DNA from: Amoebidium appalachense
Taxonomy: Eukaryota > Protista > Ichthyosporea
Reading direction: 5' to 3'
NCBI GenBank assembly: GCA_963693365.1
Contig: CAVNZM010000011.1
Span: forward strand, 5,413,921-5,477,920
DNA: 64,000 bases
Shown here: positions 1 to 23,465 of the stretch, piece by piece
How positions within the stretch are numbered: position 1 is the first letter of the stretch
Layout: every line of letters begins with the position of its first letter
Notes under the pieces: generated by a model
What the model was told of the DNA's origin: nothing
The model's input: only the letters and a program-made list of their open reading frames with translations
Database searches by the model: none
Translations under genes and position numbers: made by a program

Positions 1-706
1 CCTTCCACTACTCACCGACTGCCACGGTACCCTTAGCCAGGGTGCTAATGGTGCAATTAGCTAACACCTCTACCAATCCTATCCTCCAAACGACTATGCA
101 GTACACACTTTGCTCAGGGTGTTCGGCCCAGCCTCTCTAGTGGGGAGGGGGGGGAGGAATCCGCTGACCATACACATCTGAAAAATTGTTTAAACTTCAT
201 TGTGGCTCGAAATAGGGGAGGGAGAGAGGGGGGGGGAGGGGAGGGGGGAAGGGAAGAGGGGCGGGGGAAGAAGAGGGAGAGGGAAGGGGGTGGGGGTGGG
301 GGAGAGGGGGGGGGGGGGGGGGGCTTCGCATGCAGTCCGTCCGAGATCTGGGGGAGATATCGAGAGGTTTATAAGAGAGTCGGCATCAGCTGTGCTGGAT
401 GCTTGTAAAGTATTTTATAATGTCACAAGTGCAGTTATTGTGTGCTCGGAGCGAATGGGGGGGAGGGGGGAGGGATGGGGAGCGAGGGGGGAGGGGGAAG
501 GGGAGGAAAGGGGAGGGGTAAGTAAACAGAGTTGGGGTTGGCGGGGAGAGGGGGAAGGGAGGGTATTGAAATCGGGGGGGGGGGGGGGGGGGGGGGAAGA
601 AGGGGGAGGGGGAGGGGGGAGGGGGGCATAGGAACATGAATGATTATTGTATATTCTTGGAATAGTCCCGAAGGTCTTGTCTACCAGCCAGTAACGGACA
701 GACCTA

Positions 707-893
707 TACAATGTGGGCTCGAAGTATCGACATGTACATACGTCACTGGCTGCATTTGATTGGGTGCGCTGGAAAACGCAGCAGGCCGTCAGGTGAGGCT
801 ACAATGTGGGCTCGAAGTATCGACCATGTACATACGTCACTGGCTGCATTTGATTGGCTGCGCTGGAAAACGCAGCAGGCCGTCAGGTGAGGC
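707..893. repeat. Tandem direct duplication, two ~93-bp copies
   Basis: tacaatgtgggctcgaagtatcga...gcaggccgtcaggtgaggc occurs at 707-799 and again at ~800-893, with a 1-nt indel and a substitution. Confidence 0.9.
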
Positions 894-1114
894 TGGGCCC
901 CAGGCAGTGTCCGTAGCAATAAATAGTGTGTAATCCTCCCAAAAGCCAAAGTGTTTGCAATAAAGGATGTTGGTGCAATGTGTATGGCTGAAAAAGGTAG
1001 GTGGGACGGTGGGTGGGTGGGACGGTAGGTGGGTGGGTGGGTGGGGAGGTGTGTGGGTGGGTGGGTGGGTGTGTGGGTGGGTGGCGGGGAGGCGGGTGGT
1101 GGTGGTGGTGGGGT

Positions 1115-1152
<38 letters not shown>

Positions 1153-1842
1153 GGAGGAAGGGGGGTTCAATTTGTTTTCTGCACGTGCACGGGCAAGCTT
1201 TTGCATAACTGTAGATCGTCTCCCTAGACTCCAAGGAAAAGGTCACCTGTTCTCGAAGGGTTGGAGTTCTGTTTTTCTGAACACTTTTGGCCTTGTTACA
1301 ACTACTTGACTAACCGGAGCCTGCTCTGTTCCGGCTTTTACTGGGATGACCCCCCCCCCCCAAAAAAACCCCCCTTAAACCCCCCCCCCCACGCCCCCCC
1401 AAACCCCCTCCCCCCCCCCCCCCAGCCCCCTCCCCCATTGGGCGGGGGGGGGGGGTATGTTAGAGGGGCAGCAAGTCGACTTTCTTCGCCCAAACCCCAC
1501 GCCCAAGCCGCCCAAACCATGCTAGAAACTCAACAAAAACAATATCATGCCTTTTATTCATTCCTTACACGCTAACGTTACAACTTCTTGTAGAAAAGAA
1601 AGAAAAACGCGAAAAGGGGCCCTACGTCAAGAACTTAGCACAGATTGGGTCGTTTAACAGGTGGGGTGCATTTTGCGCTTTCTCGCCCAGGGAGAGGCTT
1701 TGTTGTTATTTAATGGGGGAGGAGGGAGGGGGGAGCGGGGGGGGGGGGGGGGGGCATTGATACGTTTGATGGAATCGGTTTTACAACAAATATCAGATAC
1801 TGTTGGCTGTTTATTATCGGGGTTGGCTGAAATCTTATGTAG

Positions 1843-1898
<56 letters not shown>

Positions 1899-2098
1899 AC
1901 CACCACCACCAAATTTATTTTTTTTTGAATAAAGTAAAAAACGGACACACAACTTTACAAGTAGGCAACACCTACATAGTATGAGGAGCACACATGCCAC
2001 CATACACGCCTCCCTCAAACAAAAATACAGTGACACACTTCCACATGCACACACGCACGCACGTACGCACGCACGCACACACAGACACACACAAACCA

Positions 2099-2242
<144 letters not shown>

Positions 2243-3368
2243 GCGCGCGCACACGCGCGCACACGCATACGCACGCACACACATACACATAACACACACA
2301 CACACACACACGTGTGTGTGTGTGTGTGTGTGTGCTTGCACTGCTGCACCCACGGAAGGAGAGAGGGAGAGTTGTTACACGGGCGTGCACAACGCACACA
2401 CACGTTCCACACACAAGCGGGGAAGCACGGGGGGAAGACGCGGCTGCAAGTTGCAGGGGAGGCCCCGGTGTGGGACTCCAAGGGAGGTTGGATAATTTTC
2501 GTGTGTGCGAGAGGGAGAGAGGGGCCTTTTTTTTGGGGGGGGGGGGGGGGGGGGGGGGAGGGGGAGGGGGGGTCCCGATAATTGGTTTTCGTTCACGTCA
2601 TGGAGGGAGGGGAGAGGGGTGTGTGTGTGTGGGGGGGGGGGGGGGGGGGAGGGGGGGGGGGGTGGCTTGAGAAAAAGATTTTGAAATCTCACCATTTCAA
2701 AAGCGTGAAGCATCCAAGTCATACACCTGTTTGATTAGTTCCATGTTGGGGTATTTGTGATTGGACAACATTGATCAACGTGAATGGTAATGATTGTGTT
2801 TTGCCCAGTGATATTGTGTAAAAGGTTGTAAGAGGGTTATGAAAAAGGTCACTTCATGATAGTTTCAAATCCTGCCGAGAGAATTTTCAAACGTATTTTT
2901 ATGGTCAATGAATTTCATTTAGATTGGGGCATTAGAAAGGGCTAACAATTGATATACAATACTCAATCACCATGGAGACAACGAGATATTTGCTTAGCCT
3001 AAGCTTTGCTGAATAGGTAACGAGATATATCTCAACCGTAGACTCCTTGTGACTCCATGTATAAATTCAGCTAAACATATACCGTAGTTGCATTTGACAA
3101 ATACAAGTGGCACTACACAGAATGTGGCACAACCTAGAATGTTTCGTTTAATATTGGCGTGTTTATGTGCGTAAATTTGTTTGCAGGTCTGTGGGTGTTC
3201 AAGTGTCCCCAGAGTTTTAGGGGGACTCGGAGAAGACTCGTGGAGGGAGGGAGGGGGAGAGAGGGGGGGGGGGGGAGAGACAGAGAGAGAGAGAGAGGGA
3301 GAGAGATCGAGAGAGAGAGAGAGAGAGAGAGGGAGGGAGAAAGAGGGAGAGAGAGAGGGGGGGGGGGG

Positions 3369-3400
<32 letters not shown>

Positions 3401-5604
3401 GGGGGTGGGGGGGGACAGGGGGGGGAAAGAGAGAGAGAATGGCCGTCCGGCTCGGTATTTTTTCAACAGTTTATTGTTATCGTAGAAGTCACAAGTGAAT
3501 TTTTTTGGTGAATTCCTCTCTACCGTGTGGAGGGACATGGATTTCGCCCAGAATTATCAGATCAACGCGTGAAGTCCACACTATCATGGCTCAGCATATC
3601 CACGTGTGTGGCGAAGTGTAGCCATGGAAATTTTTTTCCTAACGCTCGCTCGAACAAAAACTTCCCGCAACATGTACACACACTCCTCCTCCTGGTCCAT
3701 TTTTCACTTTTTATGTAGAATATGTACGTGGATGCAAGTACGTATACATGTATATGTACATAAATACATAGTATATACGAGTATAATATTAGTGACAGCA
3801 TTATTATTGGTGACTCGTGTCCCGTGCATACATACATGTGGTGACTGTCATACACCTCCATATTCATCACATATATGTGCATGCATTTTTGGGTGATCAA
3901 CCCCGCCCCGCCGGGCCGCCGGCCCCAACGGGACTGGGAGTGAGTTCCCAGTGTGACGTCAAACACATGTAGTGACGTCATTGACTTGTGGTCACGTGCA
4001 CGTGTCTGGGCCAATGCATGACGTACTGCCAGCTGCCAGTGCATGACGAGTCTTCGACCACATTGCTGGAACATGTGCAACGGTGCATTCGGTGATCGGG
4101 CCGTACGTACACTAGTTAGCTTTCTTATGATTGTACATGTGTTCATAAACTTACAGAAATGTTCAATAATGATCGGTTATTTATGTTGGGAAAGTTAAAA
4201 ATACGCCACTTCAGTTGCAGGACGGTTTCCAGGAGGCTACAATTAGATTACTATTGTAACGTAATTTATTGTACGTAAATACCAAACACTGTGAAAAAAG
4301 TATCATCACGGACCAACTGCATTCCCAACAGTATTTTGACATCTACGTACGTAGCAACAACAAAAATAATATTATTAGCTTTTTTGGTTTGGTGCCAGGA
4401 AGTCACAGTACCTAAATGATTTAGCAAACCAAGTGTTGTTTGCCAATAAAATACTGATGATATATAGTTTCCAGAGCTTGGTAAATGCATTTGGCACGAC
4501 TCCCCTCTCCCAGCCTTGTTAGGCACCGGTGAACTTTCAGAACATTCCTGAGATCTAGACCATCTAACTTAAACTTGCGAGTCGAGCTGGCCTCGACAGT
4601 CGACACCCGGGCTCAATATTTAGATGTCTAGAGCCCATATACAAACAATCTGAGAGTTGGTTTTTCATGCACCCCAAAGATTGGATAGACAATTATATAA
4701 AATTTATATCAAATGGCATGTTCAAGTGGCAAGCTAAAGGCTGTATTACGTAACATATGATCTCCGCAAACTGCAATGGAATGCATGCTGGATAAACCCA
4801 GAATTAATTGGCCTGCATACCGAGCATGCCATTTGCCCATGTTGGCATGTCTTATACCCGCTCTGCGTCCGAGGTCCGATAATCTCCCGCACTGTGATGA
4901 GAAAATGCACCTTATTTCTTGGTAATGAGGTCAATAAGTTATTTAAATAAATGTTGTAAAAATACATCAAATAGTAGGACGCGCAATAAAAAGAAACGTT
5001 GAACGGTTGCTGCCCTGACTGCCCTGACTTCTGTGCGCCTTCTATTCGTTCCCATGCATACCAAGATAAGATTAACCAATCATAACACGCAATCTATATC
5101 GCATTTATTGTTATCAGCCAATTCTACCTCGTGGAACTTCGGAATTTCTCCCACACCTGCGTCTGTTGTGCCCCTAATCAAAAAGATTTCAATTTGCATA
5201 TTTGTCAGTATTTTGTCTATGAAAAAACATCTGACCTATGTATGAGCCCCAATATGCGACGATCTACAATGAAGATTTACAGGTTCGGATTGGTCGGTGC
5301 GATAATTAGGCGCCAAATACGTATAAGTTCAAAGTGCGTCCCCAATAGGTCAGTCTCCGAGTGAACTCGAACGAGATTTTGTTTGTGCTTTGAGATTGTA
5401 GTTAACACATGTACTCCATAACTAAAAGCTTTTTCTTACTGTGCGCTTTTTTTACGTTTACCAAAGTTTTGGGTTTTCTAATTGCCATGCTGAATGCAAA
5501 CTCGAGCTTCACCTGTTGGTTGTGAATTGCACAACTAGGAGCACAGATCTAGACATTACTGTCTCACTTCATGCTTGGTGGCACCTAGCAGCCATCCCAC
5601 AACC

Positions 5605-8600
5605 ATGAGCGCATACGCTATTCTCCGGTTGTGTTCCTTTCTCTTTGCAGTATCACACGTAGCAAGTGTATCCGTGGCAGTGCAACCCAGAGCACGCAAG
5701 TTACTAAGCACACCAATAGGCACACAATCTGTAGATGCAAAGAAACTTCCAGCACATGCCAAAAAGACTACTGCTCGTGTAGCCAAGGCAGACAACAGCC
5801 TCATTATAGACAAAGCACCAGCGATTGACATCGATGTGCAAGTAGGCAAGACAATATCCGCACACAAAAAGCGGTCTGATATCATAGGCGGTATGCGAGT
5901 CTGGCAGGGGACTATACCTGGACAAGTGGAGGGTAGGGTTTCACTTGTTGCCTCCCCTGATGGCTCTGTTTATGGTAACGTGTGGCAGACCGAAAACGGT
6001 ACAACCAAACAGTACACTATCAAGCCAGTAGAGGGTAACCCGGGCACTACCACTGTGTTTGAAAGCGAAATCGTGAATCTCCCCGAGTTGGACATCGAGG
6101 TGAAACCTGAGCAGTACGAGGCCGATCACATTGTCAAGCAGAGACGTCAAACGGGCGGGCAGGATGACGGAACGACATTCGATCTCATGATGATGTATAC
6201 GCCTGCTGTCTTGGCTCAATACGGCCAGACAACTCTCAATAACATGATCGCGTCTGCTGTTGCTGATATGAACCTTGCATATGCAAACAGTAAGATCAAC
6301 CTCAGGGCGAACCTGGTGTATAGCGCAGTCACCCAATACAACGAGTCCGGCCAAATGGGCACAACTCTGGGCCACCTGCAGACGAATAACGATGGGTACA
6401 TGGACGAGATCCACACTTTGCGTGATCAGTACCAGGCCGACTTTGTCCAACTTGTGAGCACAGATAGCAACGCGTGCGGTCTGGGGTACGTGATGACTGG
6501 TCTCAGCACTGGCTTTGCTCCCTGGGCTTTCAGCGTCGCTTATCATGGTAAGTCTCGTTTTGCCTTTCATGGTAATGCCGTCTGGGAGCATGTGTGGTTG
6601 CATTAAGGGTATTCATAGTATTTAGGGTTTCTATCTATTGAATTCCAGGTTTGCAAGCTGTCGTGCACTTGGTTCCACACTGTTAAAATGGATACTTATT
6701 TGTGACTCTGCAGGGTGCCTTGGTTCCCTCACCCCGGCACACGAACTTGGCCACAACATGGGCTGCAACCACGACCGCGCATCAAGTGGTGGCGGCACTG
6801 CCCTCTACCCTTATTCCTACGGCTATCGCTACTGCTCCGGGGCAACCATCTACCGCACGGTGATGTCCTACGTCTGCCCTGGTGTCTACACACCCCGGGT
6901 CCCCTATTTCTCGTCGCCTTTGATCAGCTACAACGGCCTTCCTACTGGCATTTCTGAAACCGACACGGCTAATGCGGCTGACAATGCTAAGTCCATTGGC
7001 CTTGCCGCATTTACTTTCACCAACTTTCGCGTCTCTGGCTCCACATCGACACCACCCCCACCCCCACCCCCACCCGTCACCATTCCAGCAGTGCCCACAA
7101 ATGTTGCGGCAACTGTGTTGAGTTCCACCTCCATTACGTTTACGTGGAGCGATGTTGCCGACGAGACGGGCTACTACGTGTACTACATTCCCGACGGCGG
7201 CACTTACTATACAGCTATCAGCATGTCCGCGAACGCAGTGAGCTACACGGCTACCGGCCTCAAGCCAAGCACCACGTACACATTTGACATGCAAGCGTAC
7301 AACAGTGCAGGTGAATCCGACTACTCACAGGCCGTGAGGGCAACAACCATGGCCGCAACACCCGCCACACCGGCGGGCCTGGCAGCCACCGTGCTGAGCG
7401 CTAGCAGCATCAGCTTGACGTGGAGCGACGTGGCCGGCGAGACCAGTTTCATTGTGTCTATGTCGAGCAACGGCGGAACCACTTGGACGGAAGTGTCTGT
7501 CGGTGCCAACGTGCTCACTTACACGTTCACTGGTCTTACGGCCAGCACCGCTTACTCCTTTAAGATCCGCGCCAAGAACTCCGGGGGTAGCTCTGCTGAT
7601 TCGACCGTTGTTCGGGCCACCACCAATGGTCTCCCTCCTAGTGCACCTTCGGGCCTTACAGCAACCGTTCTCGGCACGAGCAGCATCCGTGTTTCTTGGA
7701 CCGACGTTGCAGGGGAGACCGGCTACACGCTGTACCAGTCAGCCGACAGCGGCAGCACATGGACCCAGGTCTCGATTGGTTCCAACGTCATCACCAGCAC
7801 CCGCACGAGTCTGAATTCCAACACGTTGTACTCGTTCAAGATGCGTTCGTCCAACACATGGGGTTCTTCGGCTGATTCGGCGATTGTCACGGCCAAGACC
7901 AACCCAATCATTCCAGCGGCATCCCCAACCAACTTGACGGGTGTTCTGAATATCGGTACCTCGCTCTCCGTTTCCCTGTCGTGGTCCTACCCAGCTGGAT
8001 TCCCCATAACCTCCTTCCAGATTTGGCGTCAGGTCGGCGTTGCAGCAAGCGTCAAGGTTTTCGATGCGCTCTCTGGCGCCCACACGTATACGGACACGGC
8101 AGTCTCTGTCAACAATGATTACACGTACTATGTCAAAGCCGTGGACTCTGTCACCGCCACGTCGGCAAACTCCGACCCCGCATCTGTCAGGGCCACTGTT
8201 CCCACGCCCTCGACCCCTACTGATGTCCTTGCAGAGGCCCTAGACTCAACTTACATCAGACTGTCGTGGACCGACGTTGATGGCGAAACCGGTTACAACG
8301 TGTATCGCTCTGTAGATGGCGGTGTGACATTCACCAAGGCAACCGTTACTCCTCTTGCCGCCAATACTGTGTTTTTTACTGATGGAGGCCTGAAACCCAG
8401 CACAACCTACATGTATGTGGTTCGCGCGGCAAACCTCGGTGGCGAATCTGCCGATTCAGACTTCGCATCGGCTACAACTGACGCTGCGCCTGTTTCCCTG
8501 CCGCCAGCCCCCACCGGCCTTACCGCCACGGCAACAGGCGTTTCAAGCATCACCCTCAAGTGGACGGACGTTGTTGGCGAGGATGGATACAAGGTTTACC

Positions 8601-9370
8601 GGAGCCGCAACATGGCCACATGGACCGAGCTCACCACTTTCCCCATGCCTGTGGGTACCGTCTCGTACGTCGACGCCGGCCTCAGCGCCAACACTTTGTA
8701 CTACTACAAGGTGCTCGCCGTTAACGCCGCCGGGGTATCCGCAGACAGCAAGGTGGTATCGGCACTGACGTTTGCTATGGCAGCCGCGCCCGTGAATGTC
8801 GCTGCCAAGCTTTCCACAACGTCGCTCTCTGTTGTTGTTTCATGGACCGCTGCTGCCGGCTCTCCCGTCACCAGTTTCGAGGTGTACCGCGCCGTCGGCA
8901 CATCATCCACGTTCGTCCGTGTGGCGAGCAGCGCATTGAAATCGCTATACAGCATCGTCGACACGGGGGTTTCGCGTTCGACGTCGTATACATATTATGT
9001 GCGGGCACTTGATGCAAAGTCTGGCACCACGGCCAATTCCGTGCGGGTTACGGTGACAACCACGGCGTGTAATTTCGACAAGATTTGCAGCATGAATTTG
9101 GGTGAAAGCTGCACTAACTGCCCGTCGGATTGCAACAACAACTACGTGGTCGGCGACGGCAAGTGCGAATCTGGCAAGGGTGAGACGTGTCAAAATTCCA
9201 GAGATTGCGGTTCATTTTTTGGACTTCCCACAAAGAATCGCTACTGCTGTGGCCTGGCCACGAATCTCAAGTTCAACGGCGCCCCGGGTGTTGGATGCAG
9301 CTCGAAATGCGGCACGCAGTGTACCACTACCGCCGTCTGCCCAATCAAGCGCAAGCGCTGGGTGTTCTGA
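5605..9370 (+). CDS. Secreted reprolysin-like (M12B/metzincin) zinc metalloprotease with prodomain, poly-Pro linker, 7 fibronectin type III domains and C-terminal Cys-rich domain; 2 exons
   Basis: Exons 5605-6547 and 6714-9370; the intron gtaagt...ctgcag is phase 1 and joins the two ORFs in frame (AYHG-CLGSLTPA). Hydrophobic signal peptide MSAYAILRLCSFLFAVSHVA; zinc motif HELGHNMGCNHD; Met-turn RTVMSY; seven W...Y...Y FN3 repeats; tail with GESCTNCPSDC, GDGKC and RYCCG. Confidence 0.92.
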
Positions 9371-9677
9371 GCTGATTGTTAATCCTATGTTTCAATAATT
9401 TGTATGAAATTTGTCATAATTTTTTTCTACCAGAATGATTTCAGCCCCGATTAATTGTTTGCTAATCATGCAGATGTATATAGAAAGAAACACCAGGTTT
9501 TGTCATCTTGGTTGTTGGCAACATAAACAACAGCGATAGCATGTATTTTGAATTAATTTCCGTATAAACGTAATTATTCCTTGTATGTAATACGCACGAA
9601 AGTATGATTGCGATACCCAGTGGGTACAATTGAAAAAAATTATTTTCAGCACGAAACTTGGTGACCAAGTGAAGAAC

Positions 9678-9713
<36 letters not shown>

Positions 9714-9881
9714 ACCCGCACCCTCCTCCTCCGCCCTCCTTCCCAGCAAACACACACTCTTACACACAAACATCACACATATCCCCACGCCTAGACCACA
9801 TACACCTCCAACAAGCCAGTGAACAAAAATGGGCTCTGCTGATCTATGCATGCTGCATTTAATGGCACATTGCCACATTAA

Positions 9882-9919
<38 letters not shown>

Positions 9920-10247
9920 TCCACAAAAAAAAAAAAAAAAAAAAAAAAGTCCGCTAATGCACAGATTGGAGTGTTGCTTTCATGCCACCACCTTTACATC
10001 CCTCCCACCTTGCGCCCCCTCTTTCCCCCACCCTCCCCGTGCAAAAGAAAAAAAAAACAAGAAAGGGAAAAAACGGGGGCCCAGGCGTGGGGAGGAGGGG
10101 GGAGGGGGGAAGGGGGGAGGGGGCAAGGGGAAGAAAGCGGGAAAAGGGGGGGAAAGCACATACACACAAACAAACAAACAAGCACACACAAACGAAGGAG
10201 GGATTCAACATAATAAAGCCACACATACACACGCACACACACGCATA

Positions 10248-10285
<38 letters not shown>

Positions 10286-10602
10286 TACACACACACATAC
10301 ACACACACACACACACAAACATTGATGTCAAAAAGAAAAAGGAAAAAAAAGGAAGGCACGTGCGCACACATGTGCGCAAGAAAGCCACACACTCATGTGT
10401 ACACGCGCTCGCACACACACACACACGTCACGCACACACACACACACACGTACACGCACACGCACACACACGCACACTCACACACACACACAAAACACCC
10501 ACACCCACACCCACACCCACACCCACACACAAAATGATCATTGGAAGGGGAAAACAAAAGGAAGAGCGTGTACACACACGCGCACGCACATGCACACGAA
10601 AG

Positions 10603-10698
<96 letters not shown>

Positions 10699-11010
10699 AC
10701 CCCCACACAAATATCAGTTTCGCTTTCAGGAACATGGACCTCTAGAATATGCTATTCCCCTAGACCAAGCCAACCCGAAATCCCCTCCCCCCCCCGGCCC
10801 CCCTCCCCCCCCCCTTCCCCTCTCCTCCGGCCCCCCTCCCCCCTCCCTCCCCATACACCCTTTCGCACAATGCTTAGAGCTCTGGCTGCAGACGTGGCAA
10901 GCTTAAGGTCGACGCCTGCGCATTACTTCTTGTAGTGTTTTTGTGTGAACCCTGTTTCCTCCTCTCCCCCCCCCCCCCCCCCCCCCCCCCCCCGCCCTCC
11001 CTTCCTCCAA

Positions 11011-11044
<34 letters not shown>

Positions 11045-11393
11045 CCCTCCCTTCCTCAATCCCCCCCCATCCCAGCCTCTCACCGGACACGACGGTCTGT
11101 TGAAGACTGATTCGAATCATTTATTCCTGAGAAGTATGTACACCTTGATTTGGTAAGCATTTTTTGTTGTAACAGTTCTCAATTTAGATATCTAGATAGG
11201 ACACAAGGTTTTGTTCGAACTCTGAAGCCTGCGGTTTCGCACGGGTATATACGAAAAGTCCCCAGAATGAGAATATTGTCCAAGGAAATCTGTTTCACTG
11301 TGATTGTTTTTCAAGACTTAGTACCATAACGCTTACCGTGATCATAAAAGGGCCTGCCGGTACGGCCATCTGTTAATCCCCCCCCCCCCCCCC

Positions 11394-11434
<41 letters not shown>

Positions 11435-11878
11435 CGAAACAGTCACACACACAATCACCCGCACATGCACAGCATCGCTAATTTCGGTTTCCGGCTTGTG
11501 TTTTTAATAAATTAAACGTCGTACCCTTCACCATTGCCTTTCGGATTGGCAGGATACCAGCCCCACAGAAGACGTGCCAAAGGTGGCAAATGCCAATTGA
11601 GCCTTGGGAGAGTTTTACACAGAGGCAAACAGGCACGATACCGTCACGTGGTACTGTCGGAAGTACAATTAGGAGAGTGGGAACTCGGCACATTACTAAG
11701 TGTGCACAACATAAAATTACTACTTACAACATACCCACACAAAAGTACATATCGTCAGCCGTGTCAGCATAGAACCAAGCCATGGCGTAGGCAGCCACAC
11801 AAACCCTCATCTTCGCCACACCCCATACGTGTTGAAAGCATATCATTTCGGGAGCCAAGGCACTGAACTTACAACCCA

Positions 11879-12261
11879 CTAAACCAGCGCACAATTCTCA
11901 AGATCTACCATTTGTGTTTGCAGGTCCAGGCTGAGAGTTCGTCCGGGCAGAAGTTTGGGGAGGGGGGTGGGGTTAAGGGGTGGGGCGTGGGGGGGGGGGG
12001 GGGGGGGGGGGGGGTGGGGGAGGGGCGTGGTCTTGGGGGGGGTGTGGAGGGCCCGGGTGGGGGGGGGGGGGGGGGGGGGGGGAGGGAGGAGGGGAGAGGG
12101 AGAGGAGGAATTGTAGGGCACGCTGGTGCCAGGGGTGACTCGCTTGATAGTGGTGAACGATGCACTTGTGGACGCAAGATTGTTTGCGCGTGTCCACCCG
12201 CTCTGTGGGTCTTTGTACTTGCGTTGAATTGCGTGTGTGCGCGCGCGCGTGTGCGTGTTTG

Positions 12262-12306
<45 letters not shown>

Positions 12307-12473
12307 GCGTGTGCGTGTGGGTGTGAGTGTGGGTGTGGGTGTGGGTGTGGGTGTGGGTGTGGGTGTGGGTGTGGGTGTGGGTGTGGGTGTGGGTGTGGGT
12401 GTGGGTGTGGGTGTGGGTGTGGGTGTGGGTGTGGGGTGTGCGTGTGCGTGTGCGTGTGCGTGTGCGTGTGCGT

Positions 12474-12514
<41 letters not shown>

Positions 12515-12968
12515 CATGAGTGCCCATGTTGGCAACCCCTTCTGTCACCCCACCAAGAACTTCTCCAAGATCTAGGGGAGCACTTTCGCAAGGCCGCTGT
12601 CGACGTCCCGGCCCTGCAGCGGGGCCCGCGGGCTGTGGATCACCGTTTGTCTGTTGCGTAATCAGTCCAAGAAAGGAGACTCAATAAATCGACATGGTAA
12701 TAAGCTTTATAAATATCAACTGCGTCAGAATAGGTTCGAGTGAAAGACTGACTACTCTGCTTCCAGCCCACAAAAAAATTCTTCACACAAAAATTTTAGT
12801 TCAAAAAGAGTTCCGGTGCTTGTACTCTATATAGGTGTTTGGTGCCTGCATGCACAGAGCTTGATGCATACAATTATATAGCAGTTTCTTAAGTCTAATT
12901 ACTTTGCCTCGTGCATCTACAGTTATACTTACCGAGCAAGTCGGTTCCCCCGTTTTAATCCTTTTCAT
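11879..12968 (-). CDS. Speculative 4-exon small orphan ORF (~101 aa) or spliced antisense transcript
   Basis: Candidate exons 12968-12933 (donor gtaagt), 12650-12514, 12202-12122 and 11930-11879 are all GT-AG and phase-consistent (306 nt). They coincide with unique-sequence islands between microsatellites. No recognisable homology. Confidence 0.3.
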
Positions 12969-13004
12969 CCACCGACTCTTCTCGACTTCACACCGAGATC
13001 CAAC

Positions 13005-21535
<8,531 letters not shown>

Positions 21536-22247
21536 TGTGCGATGTTTTTATCATGTAGGTGTATTTGGTTTGGCAATAGGAAGGCATTGCAATACATATG
21601 ATACAAGGCCCTGGCGGCAAGAAAGTCACCGAATGTGCCGAAACGCCAACCCTTGTTGATGAACAGAAGTGTACGAAATACCTGTGAACGAGCTTACAAA
21701 AGCCAAACGCATGTATGGACATGGGAAGATCTTTGAAGTGCGTTGTTTGGTCATTTGGCGATGGCCATAAAAGCAACTGTGTGAGTACTACGTGGCAGGG
21801 ACTGAAAAGTTTCCCTAACTAGCCATTGCAACTCAAATGCACGAGGTTATGATCACTTTCTCTTATACGTATACAAAAACTGAACTTCCAGCTGTTGGCT
21901 GTTTCTTTCCGTGTGTAGGCATTTGCATACATGGGGTGTTGTGGATGTGCACATTCCTGGGGGTTATCCGAAGCCCAGGACGGTTGAACATGATTAAACT
22001 GAGGTTTGATGCTTATGTGCATTTGTGAAAGGTCGAGACATTTTCTCCAATAAAAGAACAACCGTTGCCTCTGTGCGCTCTTAGTATTCATAGTTTTTTA
22101 CGTGTCACACCACGGCATACGTATATGCACCAATCCCACTAGCAGCAGCCTAGGGCATTGCATGCGTACATCCGACCTTACGATGACAAGATATGAGCTA
22201 TGACACAACATATAACTGGAAGGATGATAACAGCTTTGAAAGGTGGT

Positions 22248-22263
22248 GGTGTTTAAAAACACC
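22248..22263 (-). promoter_or_regulatory. Histone 3' stem-loop (H2B)
   Basis: Sense GGTGTT-TTTA-AACACC 45 nt after the stop, followed by ACCACCT and TTCAAAG (22240-22234). Confidence 0.9.
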
Positions 22264-22308
22264 AGTTTTGTTGAGCAGCACGGTGATGCCATGTTTGCAC
22301 CCCACCGC

Positions 22309-22683
22309 TTACTTGTTGGAGGTGTACTTGGTGACGGCCTTGGTGCCCTCAGACACGGCGTGCTTGGCAAGCTCACCGGGGAGAAGCAGGCGCACGGCAG
22401 TCTGAATCTCGCGAGAGGAAATGGTGGACTTCTTGTTGTAAAGGGCAAGCTTAGAGGCCTCACCAGCAACACGCTCGAAGATGTCGTTTACGAACGAGTT
22501 CATGATAGACATGGCCTTGGAGGAGATACCGGTATCGGGGTGCACCTGCTTCAGCACCTTGTAGATGTACACGCTGTAGCTCTCCTTTCTCTTCTTCTTC
22601 TTCTTGTCGCCCTTCTTGGCGGCAGCGGCGGCACCGCCCTCGCCGGCCTTCTTCTCGGCTTTTTTTCCTCCCTTGGGCGGCAT
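22309..22683 (-). CDS. H2B: Histone H2B, intronless, 124 aa
   Basis: MPPKGGKK...[40 protein letters not shown]...[14 protein letters not shown]. Confidence 0.99.
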   Translation of the reverse strand: MPPKGGKKAEKKAGEGGAAAAAKKGDKKKKKRKESYSVYIYKVLKQVHPDTGISSKAMSIMNSFVNDIFERVAGEASKLALYNKKSTISSREIQTAVRLLLPGELAKHAVSEGTKAVTKYTSNK

Positions 22684-23405
<722 letters not shown>

Positions 23406-23449
23406 GCCAATGCATTCCCCAGTGGGTGCATAGGCATACGTGCTGAACT

Positions 23450-23465
23450 GGTGTTTATAAACACC
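23450..23465 (+). promoter_or_regulatory. Histone 3' stem-loop (H3)
   Basis: GGTGTT-TATA-AACACC 44 nt after the stop, followed by ACCCTC and TTCAAAG (23472-23478) AG. Confidence 0.9.

Noticed and set aside
4555-4633. Short imperfect inverted repeat (tctagaccatctaa / ttagatgtctaga); similar case at 52901-53108
   Set aside because: Too short, with no TSD and no second copy in the window, to call a MITE.
12514-12650. Minus-frame LAKVLP*ILEKFLVG*QKG resembling non-LTR reverse transcriptase
   Set aside because: Two stops in 20 codons, no other RT motifs nearby, and a different frame is open.
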